DNA of 64,000 nucleotides from Candidatus Moanibacter sp. (GCA_965215885.1 CBDCEW010000087.1:1-64000), one strand, 5' to 3'; positions 9,574 to 20,318 are shown, numbered from the stretch's first letter. Numbers and translations are program-made. The notes: a model not told the origin generated them from the sequence alone.

Positions 9574-11949
9574 TCAGAACTCGCTATCATGCGGGTTGGC
9601 GGGCAGGGGGCAATCGCAGATACAATTCCCGGCTTTTAAGAGCTAAAGAAAACGGTAGGCTTCATCTTCGAACCATCAAATTCGAAGAAAAATGGAGAAA
9701 CCTACCGTCAAAGAAGAGACCTTCTTACAGTGCATCCTTGGAGTGGACAAGGGTAATCCCTCGATCACGGTCTATCGGGATCTGAGCGAAGGCAAACTGC
9801 ACGTCTATTACGGGCATGAGCTTTTTGAAGTCGTAGAGGACGATCGGGAGCAAGTTGAATTCAAGCTATTGGTGGGGCGCCTCTACAATGCGGGGTTGAA
9901 GAAAGGGCGCTTAGAGAAGCAATTTGAGGTTGACCCCAAAACGATGAAGCGGTGGGGGGAGGCGCTTCAAAGCGGAGATGCCGAGACCTTAGCGCGAGTG
10001 CTGGCGGGACGCAGCGCTCATCGCAAATTGACGAGGGAAATCCGGAGTTTTGGGCGGGTGCGCTTCGGGCAGATCTATGGGGAGAGTCGGTATGGCTACA
10101 GCAAGAAGATACGGGGGGAGATCGAGGAGGTGTTCGGAGTTAACCTCAGTGGGGAAACTTTGCGCCCTGTCTTTAAGGAGCTTAAAGAGGCCCGGGCAAA
10201 GGAGGCCGAAGCCGAGAGGGCGCAAAATCGGGAGACTCCCTGGGATTGCCCGGAGGACTCGGGGAGGGACGAACAGGAGCAAGAAGCAGAAAATAGCCCC
10301 GAAAGCGAAGGGGACAATCGCAAGGAGTCTCCCGATTTTTCGAGGGAGAGCTCCGAAGCGGTGCAATGGTATCGGCACCTGGGAGTACTTCTGTTCAGTG
10401 CCGCGCTCAGAGAAGTCGCTCAGATTGATCGCGAAGAGGGCTGGCTTTTGAAACAATGGGTGGCTTGCGGGTTGTTGGCCGCGGTCAATATCGAGCAGAG
10501 CAAACTGCTCGATCTCGAAGACCTGCAAAAACTCATCGGGCGAGTCCTGTATACCCCCTATCTGCAACGCCAAAGCCTTAGCGCCCTGGCCGATGAAGGG
10601 CTTTTAAGAGAGATCCTCAGAGTGAACGCGAGGGGCCTGAATGCTTCGGATGAAGAGAGCTTTTATTATGATCCGCACACCAAACATTACACCGGAATGA
10701 GCAAGGTGCTGGCGGGATGGTGTCCGGGTATCCGTCTGGCCGACAAAGCGCTCCACAGCGATTTTATTCATACCCTCAAGGGCTATCCGGTCTATTTTGC
10801 GAGCACTGACAACTATGAGGATATAAGGGAACGGTTTATCCCCAACTGCGAAGCGATGCTCGAGCTGGTGCAGTTGCCGGCTGATAAGAAGGTGAGCATT
10901 TACGTGGACCGGGCGATCGCCGCGGAGTGGTTTTACGAAGCCATCGTGGAGCATCCTCAACTCGAAATCATTACCTGGGAAAAAGGTTACAAGGCCAGCG
11001 CCCAGCCCCTCCAACGGATCGACGGGCAGTTGCGCCTGCAGCGCGCGCGCAACCATGCCGAAGATCTCCAGGAGTATCATCTTCGCTATCAGCGGGGCCC
11101 CTGGAAGAAAAATCCTCAACTGGTGCAGTGGATCGTGGAGGCGACCAATCCAAAAAATCGAACCATTACCGTGAGCATCCTGGCGACCGATCAGCAGGCC
11201 CGAAATGAAGAGGTAATCAAAGGGATGTTCAGTCGCTGGATTCAGGAGAATGACTTCAAATACCTCGATAAGCACTTTGGGATTAATCAGATCACCTCTT
11301 ATCGCACCGTCCACTACAAGCGATTAGCCCAACACCTTGAGGACAAGCAGGAGAAAAGCGGTGCCGCCAAAGCCCTCCTGAAGCAAAAACAGCAATGCAC
11401 CGAAGAATTGAAAAGACTGCTCCTGGCCGAGCATGCCCACCCGGGCAAAAGCGCCTCAAGGGGCGAAAAGATCCGTCGACTCGATCAGGCCCTCAAAGCC
11501 CTCCAACTCGAACTGGAGCAAATCGACACCGAATGCTCGAGGCTGCAGCGCCTCATTGATGAAAACTATGTCCGCCTGGACACCGCTAACAAGTCCCTCA
11601 TGGATGCCTTGAAAATCTTCGCCCGTAACAGCTTCTACAAGCAGCTCGAACCCTTTAAAGCTCGCTACAACAACTATCGTGACGACCACGATCTGTTTCG
11701 CAATTTGACTCACAGTGACGGCGTTCTTATAGAGAGGGGCTGTGCGGTCGAAGCGCATTTATTCCCCACCGCAACTTATCCCCCTCGGGTGCAGGCGGTG
11801 GTGCTTGAGTATCTGCAAACTCTCAATGAGAAGCCCTTACTGATGCCCGACGGTTCAGGCCGAAGAGTCATCTTCCGACTGGGCAAAAAATCGGGATTTA
11901 AACTTGCGATTGCATAGTGCCTTTAGAGGGGCAATATAGTGAGGTCTGA
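9574..11949 (+). mobile_element. 2376-bp IS of uncertain family, copy 1
   Basis: TIR TCAGAACTCGCTAT / ATAGTGAGGTCTGA (12/14); 3-bp TSD ACC confirmed by the empty site in the sister arm. Confidence 0.93.
9692..11917 (+). CDS. Putative large DDE transposase (741 aa)
   Basis: Sole long ORF of the element; candidate catalytic motifs YYDPH, YVDRA and RWIQENDFK. Confidence 0.85.
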   Translation: MEKPTVKEETFLQCILGVDKGNPSITVYRDLSEGKLHVYYGHELFEVVEDDREQVEFKLLVGRLYNAGLKKGRLEKQFEVDPKTMKRWGEALQSGDAETLARVLAGRSAHRKLTREIRSFGRVRFGQIYGESRYGYSKKIRGEIEEVFGVNLSGETLRPVFKELKEARAKEAEAERAQNRETPWDCPEDSGRDEQEQEAENSPESEGDNRKESPDFSRESSEAVQWYRHLGVLLFSAALREVAQIDREEGWLLKQWVACGLLAAVNIEQSKLLDLEDLQKLIGRVLYTPYLQRQSLSALADEGLLREILRVNARGLNASDEESFYYDPHTKHYTGMSKVLAGWCPGIRLADKALHSDFIHTLKGYPVYFASTDNYEDIRERFIPNCEAMLELVQLPADKKVSIYVDRAIAAEWFYEAIVEHPQLEIITWEKGYKASAQPLQRIDGQLRLQRARNHAEDLQEYHLRYQRGPWKKNPQLVQWIVEATNPKNRTITVSILATDQQARNEEVIKGMFSRWIQENDFKYLDKHFGINQITSYRTVHYKRLAQHLEDKQEKSGAAKALLKQKQQCTEELKRLLLAEHAHPGKSASRGEKIRRLDQALKALQLELEQIDTECSRLQRLIDENYVRLDTANKSLMDALKIFARNSFYKQLEPFKARYNNYRDDHDLFRNLTHSDGVLIERGCAVEAHLFPTATYPPRVQAVVLEYLQTLNEKPLLMPDGSGRRVIFRLGKKSGFKLAIA

Positions 11950-12316
11950 ACCTGGAACTGACTCGAAAATATCTGGACCGTTCACGGAAAAACCTTGCTC
12001 AATACGGTGAAAAGCATTCTCAGAATCCGAAAGACCCAGATCTGAACCATAATCTCGGCATAGCTCTCTGGAATAACGATGAAGCTGAGGTGGCTTTCAC
12101 GTTTCTGGAAACCGCCTCGAAGATCAGACCCAATCATGCCGAGACATTGTATTTTTCGGATTAATTGCGAAATCGTTCGGACAATATGAAGAGGCGTCTT
12201 CCAAGATAAAACAAGCGCTGGAGTTCGAACCCGAAAACGTCTACTATCTAGCCGCTCATGCGAGCGTTCGAGCGGCTGTATCGAGAAGGGAGTCATCGGA
12301 CCAGTCCAGGAAAGGT

Positions 12317-13294
12317 TTGCGGATTGCCCTGCATATGAATCAGCGGTACCATTACAACATACTGAGACCGATCTTTGATGTCTTGAGAGAGAATCACGAA
12401 GTCCTGCTTACCCAGTTGTTGAAAGAGTTGAGGGATTTCAACCCCGCGGTCGTCGTTATCTCTGAGTCACAGGCCGCACTGCTGCGCAACCGCATTCCGC
12501 AGGCGGTCTTCGTCTGGACTCGCCACGGTCTGATTAGCAAGAATACGAGCTGCTACGACTCCCGGGTTTCCGATTACGCTTGTCTAACGAGCGAGGCGAG
12601 CAGGGATTGGTACATTAAACACGGCGGCCATCCACGCCGCGAATTTTGGGTTACCGGTTACGTGCAGACTGATCCCCTTTTCCGCGATGAGCTTCTTTCC
12701 TTGCCCATAGAGATTCCCAACGCTGGAAAAACAGTGATCTACGCTCCCACCTGGAACGAGCACCTCTCTTCCGCCCCCATGCTTGGGGAGAGGCTTGTCG
12801 GGTTGCTCCGAAAGGACAACGAATCAATTTGCATCGTAATCAAGCCGCACCCCGTCATCTACGAACGCCAGCCGAATTGGATCGCGTCGTGGCAAAATCT
12901 AGCCGATTCGAATCCAAATGTTTCCCTGGTAGAGGACAAAGCCGCCGACGTTGCACCCTACCTGCAGAGGGCGGACGTGCTGATCAGCGATGCTTCAAGT
13001 GTCGTCTTTCAATTCCTCGCCCTAAACCGGCCCATTATCCTGATCAATAATCCTAAACGATTCGGCACTTCCCATTTCGATCCCAAAGGCATCGAATGGC
13101 AATGGCGTGACCTCGCGGAGGAGGTTGAGGACCTCAGTGATTTGCCTAACGCCGTTCAACGGGCTTTGGAACATCCTGAACGTCGAAAGGACAGGCGCTC
13201 TTACTACCGGCACCAATTGTATGGCGAATTTACGGACGGACGCTCAGCAGAGAGAATCGCAGCCAGAATTGACGAACTTGAGTTGGGTGGGTGA
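12317..13294 (+). CDS. CDP-glycerol glycerophosphotransferase (TagB/TagF-like) domain
   Basis: TRHG, VTGY, IYAPTW, IKPHP and ADVLISDASSV motifs. Confidence 0.85.
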   Translation: MRIALHMNQRYHYNILRPIFDVLRENHEVLLTQLLKELRDFNPAVVVISESQAALLRNRIPQAVFVWTRHGLISKNTSCYDSRVSDYACLTSEASRDWYIKHGGHPRREFWVTGYVQTDPLFRDELLSLPIEIPNAGKTVIYAPTWNEHLSSAPMLGERLVGLLRKDNESICIVIKPHPVIYERQPNWIASWQNLADSNPNVSLVEDKAADVAPYLQRADVLISDASSVVFQFLALNRPIILINNPKRFGTSHFDPKGIEWQWRDLAEEVEDLSDLPNAVQRALEHPERRKDRRSYYRHQLYGEFTDGRSAERIAARIDELELGG

Positions 13295-13357
13295 AACCTT
13301 AATTGCCTTCCTGCGGTTCAGAAGGCCGGCTATTGAGGTGACGATCTGCCTCGGAGT

Positions 13358-13743
13358 AAACCCACCCCTAACCCGTTCGGCTGAGCTCACGGCCGAAGCC
13401 CTCCGCAGGAGGGGAACCTTATTAATTAGGTCCAAAGTGAAAAGATCCCCTCCTGGGAGGGGCAAGGGGTGGGTCGCCCCTCCTCTACCGCCCTAATGTT
13501 ACGTTCTCGCCTGATTAGCAAGCGATCTTCGGGACATCCGGCCAACGTTTTCTTTACTCGGAGATCGCCTCAGTGGCGACACACAGCCTTGTGGCAGAGA
13601 ACCCTGCGATATTCTTGGGCAAAGTTCCCGGCTATATGTCATCGCGAGCCGACCACAGGGAGGCGCGGCGATCCAGAGGCATTTAAGAATCCACGCATCC
13701 CTCTCTTGATTGCCACGCCCCGCTTCGCGGGTCTCGCAATGAC
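13358..13743. repeat. Mosaic of REP-like palindromes between convergent genes (mirror 29101-29486)
   Basis: ACCCACCCCT…CCCTCC-AGGAGGGG inverted pair (13358-13474) and GTCATCGCGAG…CTCGCAATGAC (13638-13743). Confidence 0.7.
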
Positions 13744-13766
13744 ACCGTTTTGGATTACGGTGAGGG

Positions 13767-15383
13767 CTAATCCAACACAACAGCCCGGTAAAAGCGTCGA
13801 TTTTCGTTTTCCAGAACGATCGAAGTATCGGTAAAGGTATAAGCCGTACCATTGCCCTGGATTGCTGCCCCTATATCCTGCCAGGGCAATCCTAACTCGG
13901 GCGTGACTTGAACCTGCATGGTTCGACCGGGAATTGTCTGGAACGTAAATTGGAAATCTCCGCCGGCATCCCTTTCAACTTCAGATACGGAGAGAACGGT
14001 ATTCTCATCATCATCGCCTAAATGGTAGATCACTCCTCCAATATCGGCCAAATAGAGATTCCCGGCTTCATCCTCGCCGAAAGTGTTAATCGAAAAGGCC
14101 GAGTCAAGAAGCTCCTCAGTGATCCATTCGCCATTCAAACGACTCGTACTCCAGATTCGTCCTGAACAATAGTTTGCGTAAAAGTACCTTCCATGCATTC
14201 GCGGATACAGCTTTCCACGATAAACATAGCCCCCGATGATAGCACAGTCTCCGGAGATGTGTTCATACTCGTCAATCGGAAACGTGAGATTGCCGGCACC
14301 TAAGCCAAAAGCATCATTAAAATCATGGTTTCCTTCGAACACTCTCCATCCGTAATTCTCGCCCCCGGCACTCGACGCCGTCTGAAAATTCAGCTCTTCC
14401 CAATCGCTCTGTCCCACGTCGCTCACGTAGAGATCACCGGTCCCACGATCGAAAGCGATTCGCCAGGGGCTGCGCAACCCCAAAGCCCAGATTTCATCGA
14501 GCACACCGGGATCGCCCACGAAGGGATTGTCAGCCGGGATGGCCTAATTCTCCCCCTGGGGTGGGACGCTTTCGGAATCAATGCGGAGGATCTTACCGCG
14601 CATTGAGAGAGGATTTTGACCGAAATCGAACTGATCTTGCTGCGGCCCTCCGTCACCCGACGAGACATACATATAACCGTCCGGTCCGAATTGAATCTGC
14701 CAGACATTATGGAACCAAATTTCCTGATCCACGATCAGCAGAATCTCTTCGGAATTTACATCAGCGACATCGGGATTGGCGCCCACCTGAAACCGCGAGA
14801 CTACAGATTCCCATCCTCCGCTGCCGTCATCCCGCGAATACGAAACATAGAAATGACCGTTTCCCAAGAATCTCGGTGGGAAAGCAACGCTATAAAGACC
14901 GTCTTCGCTTTCAACATGCTTCACGCGGTCGGTAATATCCAGAAATGATGCAGCTAAGACCTGACCCTCTCTTACAATCCTGATCCGGCCGGCGAGCTCG
15001 GTAACAAACAGACGGCCACTACCATCTCCAGCGTGCCGGATATCGGTAGGAGTGTTAAGAGCGCTTGCGATCGCCCTTAATTCCACTTCCGGTGACTCGG
15101 GAAGGCTCTCGACACTGTCAAACAGGCGATAAATCCTACCGTCATTGAAGTCGGCAAAGTATAGATTCTTCGCTTCATCCTCACCGAAAGTGCTGATACT
15201 GAAAGTCGTATCCAACAGCTCTTCCCTCACCCACAGCATGCCGTCGTGATGCAGGCTCCAGATCTTTCCGGAACAGTAGTCTCCAAAGAAGTAGCGTCCC
15301 TGCATGCGGGGAAAACGAACGCCCCGGAAAACATAACCGCCCGTGATGGAGCAACTATTTTCGCTCGCATGCTGGTATTCCGT
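13767..15383 (-). pseudogene. PQQ-dependent sugar dehydrogenase (glucose/sorbosone dehydrogenase family), 5'-truncated, with internal TAG
   Basis: FGPDGYMYVSSGDGG, GLRSPWR and GGENYGW motifs; TAG at 14544-14546 where the sister arm has TAT. Confidence 0.88.
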
Positions 15384-15478
15384 CAGGGTAAAAGGATTCC
15401 AGGAAGCAACTAGCTGATAAGCAAGAAGATAAAAAAAGAGCTAAACAAACCCGAGGGAATCAGTCATGTTAAGATGGG

Positions 15479-16861
15479 ATGAAAGACAAAAAATCTTACC
15501 AACTGAATCCTTCGATAGATCGTTTAACTCTGCGTCTGGTCCTGCCCGAAGAGCAGGAGCGATTCAATGATCTATTGAAACAACATCATTATTTACACAG
15601 TGCGGGCAGCGCAGGAGAGACCCTGCGCTATGTGGCGCAGATCGACGGGCAATGGATGGGCCTGCTCTTGTGGGGGGCCGCATCCTACCGGCTGAAGGAT
15701 CGAGACGAATGGATCGGGTGGGACGGGGCGCAACGGCATGCACGATTGAAACTGGTAGTACAGAACCGGCGTTTTCTGATTTTGCCCGGGGTGGATCTTG
15801 CAAATTTGGCCTCCAAGACGTTGGGTATGTGCCTGAGAGTCTTAGCCGATCACTGGCAGGAGGCTTTTGGCTATCGTCCCTTAGTAGCGGAAACGTTCGT
15901 GGACCCACAGATTCACCGGGGCACTTGCTACGAAGCGAGCGGGTGGACGCCCTTGGGCTTGAGCGCGGGATATGGCCGCCAACGCGAAGATTTCTATCAA
16001 CGCCATGAGCGTCCCAAGCAGATCTGGGTCAAACCCCTCAAGGCTAATGCCCTTGAGCTTTTGCGCGCTTCAGGGCCATTGCCCGCGGCACAGAGCCAGG
16101 CGCTCAATGAAACCGATAACTCCCATGCGGTCTGCCTCAAAGTGGAACAGATGAGCAGCCTGTGGGAACGCTTCAATCAGATAGAAGACTTCCGTCGTAA
16201 AGCGGGCCTTAGATATCGGCTCGCCACGGTCCTGAGCATGATTGTGCTCGGCACGATGTGCGGCAAACAGACCCTCAAGGGCATCGTGCGCCTGGCCCAT
16301 CATCTCAATCAAGCCCAATTGCGCGCCTTACGCTCCTGGAAAAACCCCAAAACAGGCCGCTATAAGGCCCCTTGCTATGATGTCTTCTATCGGGTCTTGC
16401 AAAACGTAAAGGCCGAGCTCTTCGATAAAACCCTCACCGAATTCATCTGCTTACAAGACGGCTGTTTGCCCCGCGATATTGCCGTCGACGGCAAGACCCT
16501 CAAAGGCACAAACACCGAAGAATCAAAGGCTCTGCACCTGGTGGCCGCAGTCGATCACCAAAGCGCTCAAACCTTAGCCCAAGTCGCTACCGCCGATAAA
16601 TCCAACGAGATCACCGCCGCCCAGACTCTCTTGCGAAAGATGCCCATTTTGGACGGCTCCACCTTCACCTTCGACGCCATGCATAATCAAAAAGAAACTG
16701 CCCACATCGTCGTCGAAGAACTCAGTGCTGACTATGTTATTCAAATTAAAGACAATCAGCCCAACATGCATCAATACGCTCAGAATCTCTTCAGCTCCAC
16801 CCCCTTTTTCTCCACCAAACCGTGGACAATGACCATGGGCGACTCGAAATACGTCAAATAG
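15479..16861 (+). CDS. DUF4338 (DruA-like) domain fused to ISAs1 transposase N-terminal part
   Basis: HHYL…RDEWIGW…NRRFLILP…NLAS…ETFVDP…GTCY (DUF4338); IAVDGKTLKG, KSNEI, TFDAMH and IKDNQP (ISAs1). Confidence 0.88.
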   Translation: MKDKKSYQLNPSIDRLTLRLVLPEEQERFNDLLKQHHYLHSAGSAGETLRYVAQIDGQWMGLLLWGAASYRLKDRDEWIGWDGAQRHARLKLVVQNRRFLILPGVDLANLASKTLGMCLRVLADHWQEAFGYRPLVAETFVDPQIHRGTCYEASGWTPLGLSAGYGRQREDFYQRHERPKQIWVKPLKANALELLRASGPLPAAQSQALNETDNSHAVCLKVEQMSSLWERFNQIEDFRRKAGLRYRLATVLSMIVLGTMCGKQTLKGIVRLAHHLNQAQLRALRSWKNPKTGRYKAPCYDVFYRVLQNVKAELFDKTLTEFICLQDGCLPRDIAVDGKTLKGTNTEESKALHLVAAVDHQSAQTLAQVATADKSNEITAAQTLLRKMPILDGSTFTFDAMHNQKETAHIVVEELSADYVIQIKDNQPNMHQYAQNLFSSTPFFSTKPWTMTMGDSKYVK

Positions 16862-17253
16862 CAACCCATTCTCTAAGCGCTCCCTCTGCCGGCCTGCCCC
16901 ATGCCCGCCAGTTCGCCTGTGTGCAACGCACCTTCCATTATCCAAACAAAGCTGAACCTTCCTCTGAACGCTCTTACTACGTAAGCAGTCTCGATCCCGC
17001 CGATTTGAGCCCTCAACAGTTCCTCTCGAAAATTCGCAACCATTGCTCGATCGAAAATAAAAATCATTACCCCAGGGATCGCTTCTTCGATGAAGATCGA
17101 TGTATGATCCGTAATCATAACGCAGCCAGAATTCTTGCTGCATGCAGGCAACTGGTTCTCAGCCTCAAGTCTTCCATGGGCGCTGAATCCACTCCCGCAC
17201 TCTGTGATGATTTCGTCTTTAACTTACATAAGGCCATCAATATCATCACCTAA
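16822..17253 (+). CDS. ISAs1 transposase C-terminal part (-1 frame)
   Basis: HGRLEIR and IRNHCSIENKNHYPRD…EDRC (variant of the RxHWxIEN motif). Confidence 0.8.
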   Translation: MDNDHGRLEIRQIATHSLSAPSAGLPHARQFACVQRTFHYPNKAEPSSERSYYVSSLDPADLSPQQFLSKIRNHCSIENKNHYPRDRFFDEDRCMIRNHNAARILAACRQLVLSLKSSMGAESTPALCDDFVFNLHKAINIIT

Positions 17254-17277
17254 TGCTCCGAGAATCAAAATACCGTG

Positions 17278-17574
17278 CAGATAGCCGGTCATCTTAGCAA
17301 TGTGATTTTCATTGAATGCAGTGACCACCTTGGGATCGACGACCACCTTTTTATCGACGATCAAGTCAGGTATTAGTGTTCCGACTTTCTGTTCCTTGTA
17401 GTAGACTGGATGTTTCAACTGCTGGTCGATCTCGTACCCCATCTCTACTATTTCAATGGCGAGTGCGTTCTCGTAGATTTTCTCATCCAATCCGGGCTTC
17501 AGCTCGTTAAGGATTTTCATCCCTGCTCCAATAATATCATGGCTTAACTCCTTATGTATAAGCCCTTCTTGCAT
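17278..17574 (-). pseudogene. GxxExxY protein, 3'-truncated by ISAs1
   Basis: GLDEKIY motif and PDLIVDKKVVVDPK; homology ends at …AKMTGYL where the IS begins. Confidence 0.9.
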
Positions 17575-17623
17575 CCCTCAATTATAACATTTCTGTCCAT
17601 CCGTTTGAACCGCAATCCTATCT

Positions 17624-17799
17624 TCAACCTCTTCCTTCCCATCCGCCTACATCAGCATAATCCGCGGTCAACCTCTCCTACCCTATCCGTATCCATCAGC
17701 GCAATCCGCGGTCAACCTCTTCACTCCCATCCGCCCACATCAGTCTAATCCGCGGTCAACCTCTCCTTCCCTATCGGCGTCCATCAGCGTAATCCGCGG
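17624..17799. repeat. Tandem array, 4 x 44 bp, between a GT2 stop codon and the GxxExxY start
   Basis: Each unit begins TCAACCTCT and ends CATCAG-nnn-AATCCGCGG; units start at 17624, 17668, 17712 and 17756. Confidence 0.92.
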
Positions 17800-18672
17800 T
17801 CAAAGAGGAGGGAGTCCCGCATCCGTCAACTGCCGGCCCCACACCTCATCATAGTGATATCCCGTTGCGGGCAGCGCTCCGGGAAGGCGCCGTCGAGAAT
17901 TCACAAACCGAGCGCTCGATGTCTCTACCCATCTCTCGAATACTCTATAAAGAAAGGGGTGAAATCGACGGTTCGGGATGTCGTATTTCGCCCACACCCT
18001 CTGCACCTCTTCAACGCCTCGCGTATTTAGTGTCTTAACGGTCTTGGATCCACCATGTTCACGAAAGGCACCGAGGAAGCGATTCACTCTTCGAAATCGC
18101 CCGACTCTCATGAAGCGAAAGAAAAGATCATAATCCATCGCAAAATCAAACGACGGGTCGATATTGCCGGCACGTTCCCAAAGACTCCGACGCCAGAAGC
18201 AGGTCTCCTGAGGGATGAGATCCCAACGCGACTGCAGATAGCTGGAGTGGCGCGGTAGAATCCAGTAATAGATGACAACATTGCTTTCGTTAATAGCACA
18301 GCGGTGACTGTAAAGAGCGTCGATTCGCGGATTCTCAGCAAAGAAACGGGCTACGAATTGGAGTGTGTCGGGAGCCAGCAAGTCATCGCTATTCAGATAA
18401 GCCATGATCTCTCCGGTCGAACCCAGAAGTCCCCGCGCTAAGGCGTCCGCTTGTCCCAGGTCCGGTTCTGATTCAAAACGGCTGAAATAGGCTCTATAGC
18501 GCTCCAGTCTCTCGATTGTCCCGTCATCCGAACCTCCATCCATAAAGATATATTCCAGATTCGGATACCGCTGCAGCAGCACACTCCGCACCGTCCATTC
18601 GACGTGCTCTCCCTGATTAAAGGACGGCGTAACGATCGAGATTTTTGGAAGATCTGAGAATTTTGAAACCAC
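17800..18672 (-). CDS. GT2 glycosyltransferase (start trimmed; the called ORF begins inside the IS)
   Basis: ISIVTPSFNQG, MDGGSDDGT, YLNSDD and FAMDYDLF motifs. Confidence 0.88.
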   Translation of the reverse strand: MVSKFSDLPKISIVTPSFNQGEHVEWTVRSVLLQRYPNLEYIFMDGGSDDGTIERLERYRAYFSRFESEPDLGQADALARGLLGSTGEIMAYLNSDDLLAPDTLQFVARFFAENPRIDALYSHRCAINESNVVIYYWILPRHSSYLQSRWDLIPQETCFWRRSLWERAGNIDPSFDFAMDYDLFFRFMRVGRFRRVNRFLGAFREHGGSKTVKTLNTRGVEEVQRVWAKYDIPNRRFHPFLYRVFERWVETSSARFVNSRRRLPGALPATGYHYDEVWGRQLTDAGLPPL

Positions 18673-18711
18673 GGATGTCCTAGTGCAGCGTAGCCACAAT
18701 CCCGCTGAGCG

Positions 18712-20318
18712 CATTTGCGTTAACCTAAGGAGAAGAAACAAGAGAGGAAATCAAGTCGAGAACGCTTTTCATAGGTGCAGTGTTTGGGGATTTGTTTGAG
18801 CCATCGGGGGATGATCTGATCTTTGGGAATGTGAGAGAGGATGAAGAAGTAGGGAGCAAAGAAGCCAAACCAGTAGGAGAATTTAAGGATACTCAGAGGA
18901 GAGGACAAACTGGTATTCGAATAGTGTCTAAGGGGACCATAGACGAAGTTGAGTAAGTGGGTAATGAGGATGAGACGGGCGTAGATAAGAAGCTCAACCT
19001 GGTAGGGAGTAGTCTCTTTGACCTGACCGAGATTAAGATGTTGCTTAAAGGCCTTAAAGAAAATTTCGATGCGCCAGCGAAGCCCGTAAAAGCTCAGAAT
19101 CTGCTTAGGGCTAAAGTCTTTCTGATGGAGGTTTGTAATAAAGATTTGGAAACCGAGAAGGAAGCTGGTGCGGCTGGTATATCGAAGTCTATTGTCGCGG
19201 TTTTGTCTATGCTCGCGGCGGCGTTTATGGGCCACCTTCTGAGGGAGTTTGACGGCGATCAGACGAACCGGAAGCTTGGCTTTTTTACCCACCCGAACGG
19301 GCATATCGAGAAGCTTTTGGCCACGTAAAAGTTTGCGTAGATCGAGCTCTTCATCGCCTTCGTTGGCTAAAAGGCAAGTGCCGGTTTTCAAACGACTCAC
19401 AAAGAAGCAGCCGCGCTGATCGAGTTGCTTAAAGACATCGAGGACAAAATAGCCTAAGTCGCGCAGGATCAAGTCGTTGGGTTGAGCGAGAGCGAGAATG
19501 TCTTTGGAAGCAGCCTGATCGTTTTTTCGGAAGCTACTGAGGCTGAAGTCAACGAAGGATTCATTGCGCAGATCGTAATAGGCCTGAATCTTCAGTTGAG
19601 CCTGTTTGGAGCCTGTCTGATTGGACGCTCCGGGGAAGAAGGGGGCCAGGGACCTTAGGCAAGCCAATCGAAGTGCTGTCGGCAATGAGAACCCGTTCAA
19701 AGCTCCTCATGCAATTTGGAACAGCTCTGCCCACAGGCCCATAAGCTTTAAGTTCTAAAAGCCTCAGGAGCACTAAGGTCATAAAAGCGGTGGCTTTTTT
19801 GGCGCACTTTTGGACCGCTTGTCTGGAAATGGTGCGGTTGGCTAAGAATCCAATAAGCTCGGCTTCTTTGCCAAGGGACAAGGCCCCCTTAGAAGCCATC
19901 GCCAGCAAAGCCAAAACAAAGCTCAGAGGGGAGATCTTGCGCGATTTCCTCTCTCTAAAACCACTCTGTTTAGCGAGGGCTGTGAGGTTCAACTTACGGA
20001 AGGTTTGACGGATACAATCAGCTTTTTTTATACTTTGCATCCGAAGGATAAATCCTATATATGAACGAATGTACAGTATAAAATGCTGCCAAAGTGAAAA
20101 AAAATGGGGTAGCCGGTAAAAGTAGAGAAGATAACCCGGCCAAAATGCACTCGCTCAACTGCGAATTTCCTCACCGCTGTGGTCGAAACGAAGCAAATAG
20201 AAAAGGGCGAACAAATGGAGTGGAACCTCGAGGATAGAGACACCCTCATACTCCGCCGCAAAATACCTCGCAAGTCTTTGAATCTGACTAAGTTGCGAAA
20301 ATAAGGTTTACGCGTATG
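18712..20318 (-). mobile_element. IS4-family element, 1607 bp
   Basis: TIRs CATTTGCGTTAACCT / AGGTTTACGCGTATG; 9-bp TSD CGCTGAGCG on both sides. Confidence 0.88.
18720..20040 (-). pseudogene. IS4-family transposase split by a frameshift near 19655
   Basis: ADSTSIGLP (ORF 19561-20040) continues as SLAPFFPG…RDLGYF…YGLRWRIEIFFK in another frame. Confidence 0.85.

Larger units (their letters stand above)
8586..12164 (-). other. Empty-site reference note: sister arm 30680-31879 lacks the IS found here
   Basis: The sister copy reads …GAAATAACC|TGGAACTG… without insertion. Confidence 0.3.
8586..12164 (+). pseudogene. TPR protein interrupted by the 2376-bp IS (N-terminal half of a frameshifted TPR-glycerophosphotransferase fusion)
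   Basis: Multiple TPRs (AYNNLGIAL, AHHNLGLVY); IS at 9574-11949; sequence resumes at 11950. Confidence 0.9.
1..17277. repeat. Left arm of a large inverted duplication (mirror of 23190-40504; runs off the window start)
   Basis: Every ORF has a reverse-complement twin: coordinate sums are 40465-40467 outside the IS offsets and 42844 between them. Identity stops exactly at the ISAs1 end (17277). Confidence 0.97.
15384..17277 (+). mobile_element. ISAs1-like element, 1894 bp, copy 1 (duplication breakpoint)
   Basis: Ends CAGGGTAAAAGGATTC… / …GAATCAAAATACCGTG; flanks do not match here, unlike copy 2. Confidence 0.9.

Noticed and set aside
8586..9785. Intact 399-aa TPR gene in the left arm
   Set aside because: The last ~70 residues are read-through into the IS; the equal length to the sister ORF is coincidental.
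15479..16861. Druantia anti-phage system
   Set aside because: The DUF4338 domain is fused to a transposase inside an IS; no DruE-like helicase or other Dru genes are present.
17624..17799. CRISPR array
   Set aside because: Units are similar along their whole length with no unique spacers, and no cas genes are present in the window.
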